Source: Fidelibacterota bacterium
GTDB taxonomy: Bacteria > Fidelibacterota > Marinisomatia > Marinisomatales > UBA1611
DNA length: 48,851 bases
Assembly: GCA_018671775.1 (NCBI GenBank)
Contig: JABHGY010000108.1
Location: 1 to 48,851, forward strand
Direction of reading: 5' to 3'
The notes under the pieces are model-generated. The model saw only the letters and a program-made list of their open reading frames with translations, was not told the DNA's origin and did not search any database. Positions 30,306 to 40,739 of the stretch are shown in pieces; within the stretch, counting starts at the first letter, position 1; each line of letters begins with the position of its first letter. The position numbers and the translations under genes are program-made.

Positions 30306-30456
30306 TGGATTCCGCATCTCGTGCGGAATGACAAGCTTGCTTTATCAAACTCACAATTTAATTGTCATGCCGGAATTTTCGCAGAAAATATCCGGTATCC
30401 ACCTGGAGCTTGACTGAAAATCTTTAGATGAGTTTCGTGTTTCTGAGCGGAATGAC
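30306..30456. repeat. Cluster of three GTCAT/ATGAC-tagged REP-like palindromes
   Basis: TGGATTCCGCATCTCGTGCGGAATGAC (30306-30332); GTCATGCCGGAATTTTCGCAGAAAATATCCGGTATCCA (30364-30401); degenerate ...GCGGAATGAC ending 30456. Confidence 0.8.
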
Positions 30457-30487
30457 GCATGTCAGTAAAGTTCAAAGTTTGTGGGAC

Positions 30488-31864
30488 TTATTCCAAATTA
30501 TCCGCTGGCTTTGGACGTTTCCGTGATTTAAAACTTGTGATTGTTAAGCCTAGAGAAAAATTAAATCCACGCATGGTTTGAATCCACATTCCATTACGGA
30601 AGCCAAAACCCAAATCAAAAATAATGGGACCTTTATGAAATCCAAGTCCTAAAGATAATTCTTTCGCATCACCGCCCGCCCAGCTATACCCAAGTCTGAT
30701 CGGAATATTATCTAATTTTGTCCACTCCACTCCAAAAGACCAACGCCATTTTGCTTTCGAGTAATATTCGTTGCTGAACCCCGTAATTAAATCACTGGCT
30801 AAAAGAAATGTTTCCGTTCGTTTCGATACGCCCAAACGAAAAGTAGCTGGATAGCGTGTTACAAAAGGGCGAGCGCTCCCATTTGCAGTGGTATCTTTGA
30901 TAATTTCTGAATGATTATAAAACAAGGAATCTTGTGATAATTTATCCGCACGAAGGGTATCGATGGTATAGGTAAATAAAACCGATTCACTGGGACCCAA
31001 TTCTTCTCCCTGCCACGTAAAAGGATAAATTCCAGGGATGGAAATGCCCGGACCTCCTTCATCTTTTTTGAGCGTTTTATTCCAGGTGATATTGCCTTTC
31101 GCGTTAATGAGAGATGCGCCAAAAGCCCAGCCATCAAATTCTTGGGTAACCACACCAATATCCAAACCCAAACCAGCACCCCCAAATCCTTGGCGTATGA
31201 GATATTTCCCCGAACCGTAAAGCCCTAAATCATCCGTAATCAGGGTCGCTGAAGAACTATCAGAATCGATCCCAAAATAAAAAAGACCTTGAAGATATTT
31301 GACTGTTGCTCCAAATGATAAATTTTTAAATGGAACCGCAAATGTCACGCCATATTCATTTATCCCCAGCATTTCGTAGCCCAAAGTCATATCCAGCTCT
31401 GGTTTATCCGCATTGCCATACATCATCAATTCTAATAGACCTATGGGCAATTTATAATTGGCTAAAAAGATGGCATTTGACGTAAATGCTAAATTTTCAT
31501 ACGCAAAGTTTAAAACAGGAATTGGAAGATGAAAATCTTGGAAAAAAGTGAGTCCACCCGCATCTTGAAATTCTAGAAATAGTTTATCCTTATCTGCAGT
31601 ATAAAGGGTATCACCACTATATTCTGACAGCGTTTCAAATGAAATGAAATTCCCGATCACGCCAGCATCAAACCCAAATAATTGCAATTGAAAAGGTTTA
31701 TCTTGTTGAAACCCAATGAGCGCAGGATTATATCCAACAGAAAATATACCGTCTGCAATTGTTGTATAAGTCCCTGCTAAACCCACAACACGAGGATCTC
31801 GTTTAGTTTGCCCAACTGCAATCGTTAAAACAATCAAAATGAAGATGATACATCTTTTTATCAT
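30488..31864 (-). CDS. Probable outer-membrane beta-barrel protein (DUF5723/FadL-like)
   Basis: Signal peptide; YNPALIG, FGATVKYLQG, GLGLDIG, IPIRLG; amphipathic strands. Confidence 0.7.
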   Translation of the reverse strand: MIKRCIIFILIVLTIAVGQTKRDPRVVGLAGTYTTIADGIFSVGYNPALIGFQQDKPFQLQLFGFDAGVIGNFISFETLSEYSGDTLYTADKDKLFLEFQDAGGLTFFQDFHLPIPVLNFAYENLAFTSNAIFLANYKLPIGLLELMMYGNADKPELDMTLGYEMLGINEYGVTFAVPFKNLSFGATVKYLQGLFYFGIDSDSSSATLITDDLGLYGSGKYLIRQGFGGAGLGLDIGVVTQEFDGWAFGASLINAKGNITWNKTLKKDEGGPGISIPGIYPFTWQGEELGPSESVLFTYTIDTLRADKLSQDSLFYNHSEIIKDTTANGSARPFVTRYPATFRLGVSKRTETFLLASDLITGFSNEYYSKAKWRWSFGVEWTKLDNIPIRLGYSWAGGDAKELSLGLGFHKGPIIFDLGFGFRNGMWIQTMRGFNFSLGLTITSFKSRKRPKPADNLE

Positions 31865-34800
31865 TTGAAAATCCTGCCGTTCTGATTCTTTGCTTTAATA
31901 AAGGATAGGCTTTTTTTATTAACTCGCACAGCATTTGGTCTAATAATAAGATAATATCCATTCATATCTCGAATGGAGCCATCTGAACTAGAAATTCTTA
32001 AACGCACTTTATCATGAGATGTGGGAAAATCAACCGTTGCGCTCAAATCCCAAGTATAAGATGCTAGGTTTTCTGCTTCTGCCACAATAGACGACCAATG
32101 AGCGTCATTGTTAATCTCGGGACTTTCTATGGTGGAATAATCTATATTTATGGTTTCTATATTGCCATAATTTTTCCATAATATCTCGTAGGATTGATCC
32201 GCATACAAGGTATCTCCTCCATTTGGCCAAGTAATCAAAAGCTCATTTGGAGAACTTTCCATCATGCCTGTGCTGCTTAAACGAAAAGTGATGAATGAAT
32301 TGATATCCAAATAATCTGCCGTCGTCATATATACGGATTGACTATCCGTTCCATTCAAATGAAATCTAGGCGCCACATAATGATCACCATAATCTGTTAA
32401 AAGAAAAATACGATTAGAATCCATGGTGCTTAAAAATGTCCCTGTGCCCGCTTCATGCACCATCCCTGGCGGAAAGCCGGAAGAATCGCCTTCGATATAA
32501 TAGCTCACAGGGTCGGGTAAAATAAATTTCCATAGCGTATCCACATAAGAAATCACAGTCTCTGTTCCCGATACAGCTCGGTGGACTAAATAAGGAATGC
32601 CATCCACGCATTCAGAAAAATCTGTCATAACATTAAAAATATAAATATCACTAGTATCTGGATCTAATGCTGAGCATTGGTTCACAATATATATTTCATC
32701 CAAGAGATCCCAGCCTTCTTGAACCACCAAGGAATCTCGGAGCGTGGCTAACATTTCGGCTGTGGTATCATAAGGAAAATAGGATTGATTCGACATCAAA
32801 ATAGATAACTCAGCACCAAAAGGAATCGCATTTATCACATTGGACGTGAGTTCAGCGTGAATGAGAGAATTCCGAATACGATTTCGGTTTTCCGGATCAA
32901 ATTCTGTAATCGGCGTTGGGAGCGCAGAAATAAAAGTCATAGGTGCCATCATCACTTCAAAAGGAGCAACCAATCGGTAAGCACCAGAAATTGCTTTGCC
33001 TACTTCGATGGTACCGCGCCCATCTACTCGTGATTCAGATTCTACCACCAAGCTCACAGGATTAATTGAGAGTAGTTCAATAATGTTTGCGCAATTTTCA
33101 TCTGATGGTACCAGTTGGGACCAAGAGGGAAGACTATCTGATTTCGAATTAAAAATTTGCGTGAGTGTCCCCTCTTTATTCAATTCGATTACAGTCATGG
33201 CCGTATCAATATCATTTATTGGATATCCTATGGAATCCACATTTACACATAAATTAGTTGTATCCCCAAAGGTATCCACACCTTTCATATTGATACTCAA
33301 CATGACAGGTAATTTAATCTGACTATACATGATAAACTGAATACGCACATCTGTCATGGTCATCCCCGTGAGTCCTTGAGGCATATTTTCCATGGATTGT
33401 GTAGAGCTTGGAAAAGCCATAAAAACATAGGCTTCCAGCGATTCAAAACGCATAGAATACATACGGACCTTTAGCCCCAAACCGCCAAGATACTCATCTT
33501 TTAAAGAAATAACGGTTGTTTGCGCTGGAATAGAAACATCTAATCCCAATTCCATTTTATCGATTGCAGAGTCTGGATATTGCGTGCTTTGAAAATTGTA
33601 TCCTTTTAAATCAAAATCACGATTAATCACATTTCCTGTTGAAAGCGCAGTATCAATCAAAACCGAATCAGACCCAAGAGGTGGAACAAAATTTTGAAAA
33701 TTGATGCGAAAGTTAATATCAAAGGGAAACGTGCTTTCCAAATCAGAAATAGTCAGGCGATTGGCCGTATTATCAATGCCCTCTGTTTTGAGTGTTGCCT
33801 GAAAAAGAGACAGGCTGGTTTCACCACCATCATCACCTCCTTGTGCTGGAAAACTCATATCAGGTTTTGGAATATCTAATACCGTCTCTAAAATATTTAC
33901 CTCAGCAGAATCCAAAGTGGGGATATTCAGATTAAGAATTAGATTGACTAACATAGAATCATTGGCCGGAATTACAACCGTTTCGCCACTGGCCACATCA
34001 GCAGAATCCAACTTGAAACCAAGATTAATTTTGATTTTTTCTTTTAACCGTTTTCCTAGAAGAAGCGTGGTATCCGTATATGAAATATTACTACCAATCG
34101 TCGGGCTTGTCTCATGCTGTGCTAAGGTATCATTCGTTAAAACGGCTCCCGTAAAAAGTCCAGATTGTGCTTGAATCAAATCTTTGGGAATCCTTTGGTT
34201 TGCAATAGATGTAATAAATTGTGCTAGATTGATATCATCATCACCCATAACCAAAGCATTGATACTTTCCACAATTTGAGGGTCACTCGCCAGATCAATA
34301 TCACTAAAACCTAAATTTAATTCTACGAGTGCTTCGGTGAGAATCGAATCAACAGCCGTATTAAAAACATTCACAATGAAATTCCATGTTTCAGCTGTTA
34401 TTGTTCGATCTACTGCTGGAGGCATATAGAATGTCGCAGCCGACCAAGTGGCTGGATTTGCTTCAACATAAGTATTATCAAAATAAGGTCCATTGGAACC
34501 AGCCTCATAACTCACGACGGGCAAACTCATATTAATAGGAGAGACTGGAATTTCAAATGTGCTTAAATCTACGCCAGGTATTGGCGTCGCTGGAATATCA
34601 GTATCAAGATAACCACCATCAAAATCTACCTTCAAATTATCGTCATCAATGGCTTGAGACGGCAATTCTCCTTCAAAAATTAACTCCATTCCTAAACTGT
34701 CATCACGATTAAAGATGTTGACACTATCCACAATTCCATCAAGAGAATACCGGGTTTGGACTAATGGAATCTTGATATCGATAAACCAAGTGGGCTTTTC

Positions 34801-34917
34801 GAATTTCTCGGTTTTCTCAAAATCGCAAGCACTCAAGAGGAATAAGGCTAAAAGGCCACTGAAATAAAAAATACTTAAATATTTTTTATCAGGTCTATTT
34901 CTCGGATGATTTTTCAT
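31861..34917 (-). CDS. 1018-aa acidic lipoprotein of unknown function
   Basis: Lipobox LLSAC; beta-rich repeats; C-terminal Ig-like module LLITWPNGG...YEILW...YTWDL...VRLRI. Confidence 0.78.
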   Translation of the reverse strand: MKNHPRNRPDKKYLSIFYFSGLLALFLLSACDFEKTEKFEKPTWFIDIKIPLVQTRYSLDGIVDSVNIFNRDDSLGMELIFEGELPSQAIDDDNLKVDFDGGYLDTDIPATPIPGVDLSTFEIPVSPINMSLPVVSYEAGSNGPYFDNTYVEANPATWSAATFYMPPAVDRTITAETWNFIVNVFNTAVDSILTEALVELNLGFSDIDLASDPQIVESINALVMGDDDINLAQFITSIANQRIPKDLIQAQSGLFTGAVLTNDTLAQHETSPTIGSNISYTDTTLLLGKRLKEKIKINLGFKLDSADVASGETVVIPANDSMLVNLILNLNIPTLDSAEVNILETVLDIPKPDMSFPAQGGDDGGETSLSLFQATLKTEGIDNTANRLTISDLESTFPFDINFRINFQNFVPPLGSDSVLIDTALSTGNVINRDFDLKGYNFQSTQYPDSAIDKMELGLDVSIPAQTTVISLKDEYLGGLGLKVRMYSMRFESLEAYVFMAFPSSTQSMENMPQGLTGMTMTDVRIQFIMYSQIKLPVMLSINMKGVDTFGDTTNLCVNVDSIGYPINDIDTAMTVIELNKEGTLTQIFNSKSDSLPSWSQLVPSDENCANIIELLSINPVSLVVESESRVDGRGTIEVGKAISGAYRLVAPFEVMMAPMTFISALPTPITEFDPENRNRIRNSLIHAELTSNVINAIPFGAELSILMSNQSYFPYDTTAEMLATLRDSLVVQEGWDLLDEIYIVNQCSALDPDTSDIYIFNVMTDFSECVDGIPYLVHRAVSGTETVISYVDTLWKFILPDPVSYYIEGDSSGFPPGMVHEAGTGTFLSTMDSNRIFLLTDYGDHYVAPRFHLNGTDSQSVYMTTADYLDINSFITFRLSSTGMMESSPNELLITWPNGGDTLYADQSYEILWKNYGNIETINIDYSTIESPEINNDAHWSSIVAEAENLASYTWDLSATVDFPTSHDKVRLRISSSDGSIRDMNGYYLIIRPNAVRVNKKSLSFIKAKNQNGRIFK

Positions 34918-35027
34918 AAACGTTTATTTACCATTGGACTACCGCACATGAATTTGGCCTTTTTTTCATCATCATACCACAATAAAAATGGATAACGAAT
35001 CTTCTGCTATTTGATATTTATTTTTTC

Positions 35028-36413
35028 CTAATATCGATAATCGTCTGGCTTATATGGACCTTCGATTGTCACATTAATATACTCGGCTTGTGCTTCTGTC
35101 AATTGCGTTAATACACCACCAAAACCCTTCACCATACCTGAAGCAACTTCTTCATCCAATCTTTTGGGAAGTACTTCAACCGTAATTTTGGATACTTTTT
35201 CATCAGAAGATAAATTAGCAAATTTTGCATCAAATAAATGTATTTGAGCTAATACTTGATTTGCAAATGAACCGTCCATAATCCGAGATGGGTGCCCTGT
35301 CGCATTGCCCAAATTAACCAATCGACCCTCGGATAAAAGGATGAGATAGTTGTTTTTGTCATCACTTCTAAAGATGCGATGAACTTGCGGTTTTACCTCA
35401 TTCCACTCCCAGTTATCGCGCATAAATTTCGTATCGATTTCATTATCAAAATGTCCAATATTACAAACCACTGCTCCACTTTTTAACGTTTCCAACATGG
35501 AACGATCACACACATTTACATTGCCAGTCGTCGTAACAATTAAATCTGTTTTAGACAATAAATCTGTATTGATACCCTCTATGGTTCCTGTGTTAATTCC
35601 ATTTTTGTAAGGAGAAATAACTTCATATCCATCCATACATGCTTGCATAGCACAAATAGGATCAATTTCACTAATGCGAACAATCATACCTTCTTGTCTC
35701 AGAGACTGAGCGGATCCTTTCCCCACATCACCATAGCCAATAACTAAAGCTTTTTTGCCAGACAACAACATATCTGTCCCTCGCTTAATCGCATCATTGA
35801 GCGAATGACGACATCCATATTTATTATCATTTTTGGATTTGGTCACAGAATCATTTACATTAATAACGGGCACTTTAAGCGAACCTTTTTGAAGCATTTC
35901 CAAAAGACGATGGACACCTGTTGTTGTTTCTTCACTAATTCCATGGATATTGTCTAAGATTTCAGGATATTTCTCGTGCAACATTTGCGTTAAATCACCC
36001 CCATCATCCAAAACCATATTCGCTTCCCACGGCTTCCCATCCTTGAGAATCGTTTGCTCAATGCACCATAAAAATTCTTCTTCCGTTTCACCTTTCCATG
36101 CAAATGTTGCAATATCGGCAGCGACCATTGCGGCAGCGGCATGATCTTGCGTAGAGAATATATTGCAGGATGACCATCGGACTTTTGCACCCAAATCAAT
36201 CAAAGTTTCCATCAAGACAGCGGTTTGAATTGTCATATGAATACATCCCAATATATTCGCACCTGCCAAAGGTTGTTCGCTTTTGTATTTTTCACGTAGC
36301 GTCATTAAAGCAGGCATTTCTGCTTCCGCTAGTTCTATTTCTTTTCGACCATAATCAGCCAAAGTAAGATCGGCTACTTTATAATCATTATTATCGATGG
36401 TTGGATTGTTCAT
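35028..36413 (-). CDS. ahcY: S-adenosylhomocysteine hydrolase
   Basis: [50 protein letters not shown] 36413 follows a GGAG RBS. Confidence 0.97.
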   Translation of the reverse strand: MNNPTIDNNDYKVADLTLADYGRKEIELAEAEMPALMTLREKYKSEQPLAGANILGCIHMTIQTAVLMETLIDLGAKVRWSSCNIFSTQDHAAAAMVAADIATFAWKGETEEEFLWCIEQTILKDGKPWEANMVLDDGGDLTQMLHEKYPEILDNIHGISEETTTGVHRLLEMLQKGSLKVPVINVNDSVTKSKNDNKYGCRHSLNDAIKRGTDMLLSGKKALVIGYGDVGKGSAQSLRQEGMIVRISEIDPICAMQACMDGYEVISPYKNGINTGTIEGINTDLLSKTDLIVTTTGNVNVCDRSMLETLKSGAVVCNIGHFDNEIDTKFMRDNWEWNEVKPQVHRIFRSDDKNNYLILLSEGRLVNLGNATGHPSRIMDGSFANQVLAQIHLFDAKFANLSSDEKVSKITVEVLPKRLDEEVASGMVKGFGGVLTQLTEAQAEYINVTIEGPYKPDDYRY

Positions 36414-36443
36414 TTTATTCTCCATTTTTGTTGCTAATCAAAA

Positions 36444-36503
36444 TGAACGCCGTTTTAATTCGCCAAGCCTCTTGGATATATCCAATGCAACGTTCCTTGG
36501 CAA
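36444..36503 (-). ncRNA. SAH riboswitch
   Basis: Minus strand TTGCCAAG-GAACGTTGC-A-TTGGATATATCCAA-GAGG-CTTGGCGA-ATTAA-AACGGCGTTCA: P1 stem plus pseudoknot, directly upstream of ahcY. Confidence 0.85.
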
Positions 36504-36518
36504 TTCAAGTTTATATAT

Positions 36519-37694
36519 CTATAAATATTGTTTTAATTTTTCTACCATATCTGTTTTTTCCCAAGTGAATGAATCTAGCTCTCGTCCAAAATGACCATAG
36601 GCCGCCGTTTGGCGATATCGTGGATGTTTCAATTTTAGATGAGAAATAATTGCACCCGGTTTGAGTGGGAAATTTTCTTTGACCAATGCTGTAAGTTTTT
36701 CATCAGACATTTTTCCTGTTCCAAATGATTGAACGAGTAAAGAAGTAGGTTCAGCAACACCAATGCCGTAAGATAATTGCACCTCACATTTATCTGCCAA
36801 ACCAGAAGCCACAATATTTTTTGCAATATAGCGTGCCATATAAGTTGCTGACCGATCTACTTTAGACGGATCTTTCCCTGAAAAAGCACCACCGCCATGA
36901 GGCGCATAACCACCGTAAGTATCCACAATAATTTTTCTTCCTGTTAGCCCCGTATCTGCCGCTGGACCGCCATGGACAAATCGTCCCGTTCCATTAACAA
37001 TAAATTCTTTTTCATAGGGATAATCATATTTATCTAAAACGGGTAAAATGATATGCTGAATTACTTCTTTCTTCACAAAAGCATTTTCTGCCTCTTCCGT
37101 TCCAAATTTTCCTAACATATCTTCGTGTTGAGTTGCAATCACAACTTGAGAAATAGATGTGGGTTGTCCATCCACATATTTCACGGAAACCTGAGATTTA
37201 CCATCTGGACGAAGCCAAGACAACGTTCCATCTTTTCGTAATTCGGTTAATTTCTCTGTCAAGCGATGGGCCATTTGAATCGGCAAAGGCATCAATTCTG
37301 GTGTTTCCTTACAAGCAAAACCAAACATAAGTCCTTGATCGCCAGCGCCTTGCTCTTCATCATTCCCTTGACTTACACCTTGGGATATTTCTTTGGATTG
37401 GGGTTGAATGGCTGAAATCACTTTCACCGTTTCTTGATTCATCCCTTTTGTATAATCATCATAGCCAATCTCATTTAAGGTGTTTTTAACAATACGATCT
37501 ACGTCAACAAATCCATCCGTAGTGATTTCACCCGCAACTACGACCATTTCTTTTGTTGCTAAAGTCTCACACGCCACACGAGATTCGGAATCTTGTTCTA
37601 ATAAATTGTCTAAGATCGCATCGGATATGGCATCACAAACTTTGTCTGGATGACCTTCGGTTACGGATTCTGATGTAAAATAATATTCGCTCAT
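36519..37694 (-). CDS. metK: S-adenosylmethionine synthetase
   Basis: FTSESVTEGHPDK, GAGDQG, GGGAFSGKD. Confidence 0.97.
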   Translation of the reverse strand: MSEYYFTSESVTEGHPDKVCDAISDAILDNLLEQDSESRVACETLATKEMVVVAGEITTDGFVDVDRIVKNTLNEIGYDDYTKGMNQETVKVISAIQPQSKEISQGVSQGNDEEQGAGDQGLMFGFACKETPELMPLPIQMAHRLTEKLTELRKDGTLSWLRPDGKSQVSVKYVDGQPTSISQVVIATQHEDMLGKFGTEEAENAFVKKEVIQHIILPVLDKYDYPYEKEFIVNGTGRFVHGGPAADTGLTGRKIIVDTYGGYAPHGGGAFSGKDPSKVDRSATYMARYIAKNIVASGLADKCEVQLSYGIGVAEPTSLLVQSFGTGKMSDEKLTALVKENFPLKPGAIISHLKLKHPRYRQTAAYGHFGRELDSFTWEKTDMVEKLKQYL

Positions 37695-37797
37695 AATGTT
37701 TCCTTTAATCTTAAAAATTGTCGGGGAAATTATACCTTTTTATAGAAAATCCAAAGTGATGGAAAAGTTTATATTAAGCAATGCTCGTCTTTAAATT

Positions 37798-38736
<939 letters not shown>

Positions 38737-38903
38737 TTAATAAATTCGTTTCCCTAAATAAATTACTTTGGCGAGGGTTAATCGTAATTTTAATTTTCAT
38801 CATATTTTTATAAACCCCCATCTATCCCCAACATTTGAGGATTTGATTGGGTAAAAATAAAAATTACTTTCTACTATTGTCCGCCGGATTAAATAGAAGA
38901 AAC

Positions 38904-39752
38904 TTATTCTGTTAAAATTTTGAATAATTTTGAATTGGATGGAAGAACCAAAGTCGTATTTTTATCAATGACCTTTTTGTAGGTTTCCAACGTGCGGACA
39001 AACTCATAAAAATCTGGGTCTTTTGAAAAAGCATCTGCATAAATCTGCAAAGCCTTTGCTTCCCCTTCACCACGAATTTCTTGTGCTATTTTATACGCAT
39101 CTGCCAAAACCACCACTTTATCTCGATCTGTTGTGGCTCTAATTTTTTGAGCTTCTTCTTCACCTTCCGATCTAAATTTATTCGCCTGACGCATTCGTTC
39201 TGCTTCCATCCGAGCATAAATGGATTTTTCATTTTCTTGAGGTAAATCCACTCGTTTGATACGAACATCCACAACTTCAATGCCATAAGGTCCTGTTGCT
39301 TCATTACTTTCTCGCGTTACTTTTTCCATGATGACGTCACGATTTTCTGTAATGATTTCTGCCATTTCATGCGTTCCTAATTCCTGACGTAATTTGGAGT
39401 AAACAATGTCATCCAAGCGCGTTACAGCAATGGGAACCGATTGCACGGTTTGGAGAAAAAGAAGTGGATTCACAATCCTAAATCGTACATAATTATCAAC
39501 GATAAGTGATTTTTTATCCTGACTCAAAATCTCTTCTGGTGGCACATCATATTCCAACAAGCGATTGTCAAAAACGGACGCGGTTTGAAATGGAGCGGGC
39601 AATTTAAAATTAAGTCCTGGTTCCGTAATGGTTCTTATCGGTTTTCCAAATTGAAGGATAACCACCTGCTCCGTTTCGTCCACAAGAAATACAGTGGAGA
39701 AAGCAAACAAAAGCCCAAGAATTATTGTTGCTAAAAATATATTTTTTTTCAT
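38904..39752 (-). CDS. hflC: FtsH protease modulator HflC
   Basis: SPFH domain; RMEAER, DPDFYEFVRTLETY. Confidence 0.93.
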   Translation of the reverse strand: MKKNIFLATIILGLLFAFSTVFLVDETEQVVILQFGKPIRTITEPGLNFKLPAPFQTASVFDNRLLEYDVPPEEILSQDKKSLIVDNYVRFRIVNPLLFLQTVQSVPIAVTRLDDIVYSKLRQELGTHEMAEIITENRDVIMEKVTRESNEATGPYGIEVVDVRIKRVDLPQENEKSIYARMEAERMRQANKFRSEGEEEAQKIRATTDRDKVVVLADAYKIAQEIRGEGEAKALQIYADAFSKDPDFYEFVRTLETYKKVIDKNTTLVLPSNSKLFKILTE

Positions 39753-40723
39753 TATTTCTTCCCTTTCGTTGGGTTGAGATTCAAGAGATTGAGCACGTTC
39801 CCATTGTCTCCATCAGGAACAATCACTTTTTCAACCCCTGGTAAAATTTCTTCCATGGTTTCTAAATAAAGTCGTTTTTTGGTAATATTCTTCGCCTTGC
39901 GATATTCCTTGAGCATAGATTTGAATTTGGCCACATCCCCTTCTGCTCTTTTGGTTCGGGCTTGCTTAAAACCCTCCGCATTACGAATACGTGCTTCTGC
40001 TTCTCCCCGTGCTTTTGGGATTAAATCATTCCGATACCCTTCCGCTTGGTTAATCATACGATTTTTATCTTCTTTGGCTGAAGCCACATCCTTGAAAGCG
40101 CCAAGCACCTGTTCTGGGGGAGAAACGTCTTGCAACTGGACAGCTACCACTTGGATGCCTGCTCCATATTTATCCAATATCTCCTGCAACAAAGCCTTCG
40201 TTTCTTCTTGGATTTTGAGCTTTCCACTGGTCAAAGATTCATCGATATTATGACGACCCACCACCGTTCTTAAACTCGCTTCAGCAGCTTCGCGAACAGT
40301 CAGTCTAGGCTTGACAATGTCAAATAAATAGGCTTCCGGTGATTTGATTTTATACTGAACAATCATTTCTGCATCCACGATATTCTCATCTCCTGTGAGC
40401 ATTAAACTTTCCTGATTGATAGCGCGGTACTGACCATTGCCTAAAGAACGAAACCCAATTTCGATTCGCTTCACTTCCGTGACTTTGGGCGTATCCACCG
40501 ATTCAATGGGGTAAGGAAAATGGTAATTCAAACCCGGTTGATCTACGCGCGTGAATTCTCCAAAAGTCCGCACCACGCCGACTTCATCTGGTCCCACCTT
40601 ATAAATGCCGGTAGAAAGCCATCCGAAAAAGACGATAAGTACAATGGGAATGAGTCCCAAAGTGAGTAGTTTTTCAGGGACTTTTATTTCGCTATCCCCG
40701 ACGATTATTCTTCGATATGCCAT
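39752..40723 (-). CDS. hflK: FtsH protease modulator HflK
   Basis: MLTGDENIV, IPKARGEA, RLYLETME. Confidence 0.93.
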   Translation of the reverse strand: MAYRRIIVGDSEIKVPEKLLTLGLIPIVLIVFFGWLSTGIYKVGPDEVGVVRTFGEFTRVDQPGLNYHFPYPIESVDTPKVTEVKRIEIGFRSLGNGQYRAINQESLMLTGDENIVDAEMIVQYKIKSPEAYLFDIVKPRLTVREAAEASLRTVVGRHNIDESLTSGKLKIQEETKALLQEILDKYGAGIQVVAVQLQDVSPPEQVLGAFKDVASAKEDKNRMINQAEGYRNDLIPKARGEAEARIRNAEGFKQARTKRAEGDVAKFKSMLKEYRKAKNITKKRLYLETMEEILPGVEKVIVPDGDNGNVLNLLNLNPTKGKK

Positions 40724-40739
40724 TGTTATTTCTCCTTTA

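Noticed and set aside
30306-30456. Possible mini-CRISPR array
   Set aside because: Repeats are non-identical, alternate in orientation, and no cas genes are present
37695-37797. SAM riboswitch upstream of metK
   Set aside because: The 100-nt AT-rich gap shows no SAM-I, SAM-II or SAM-V consensus that I could recognise
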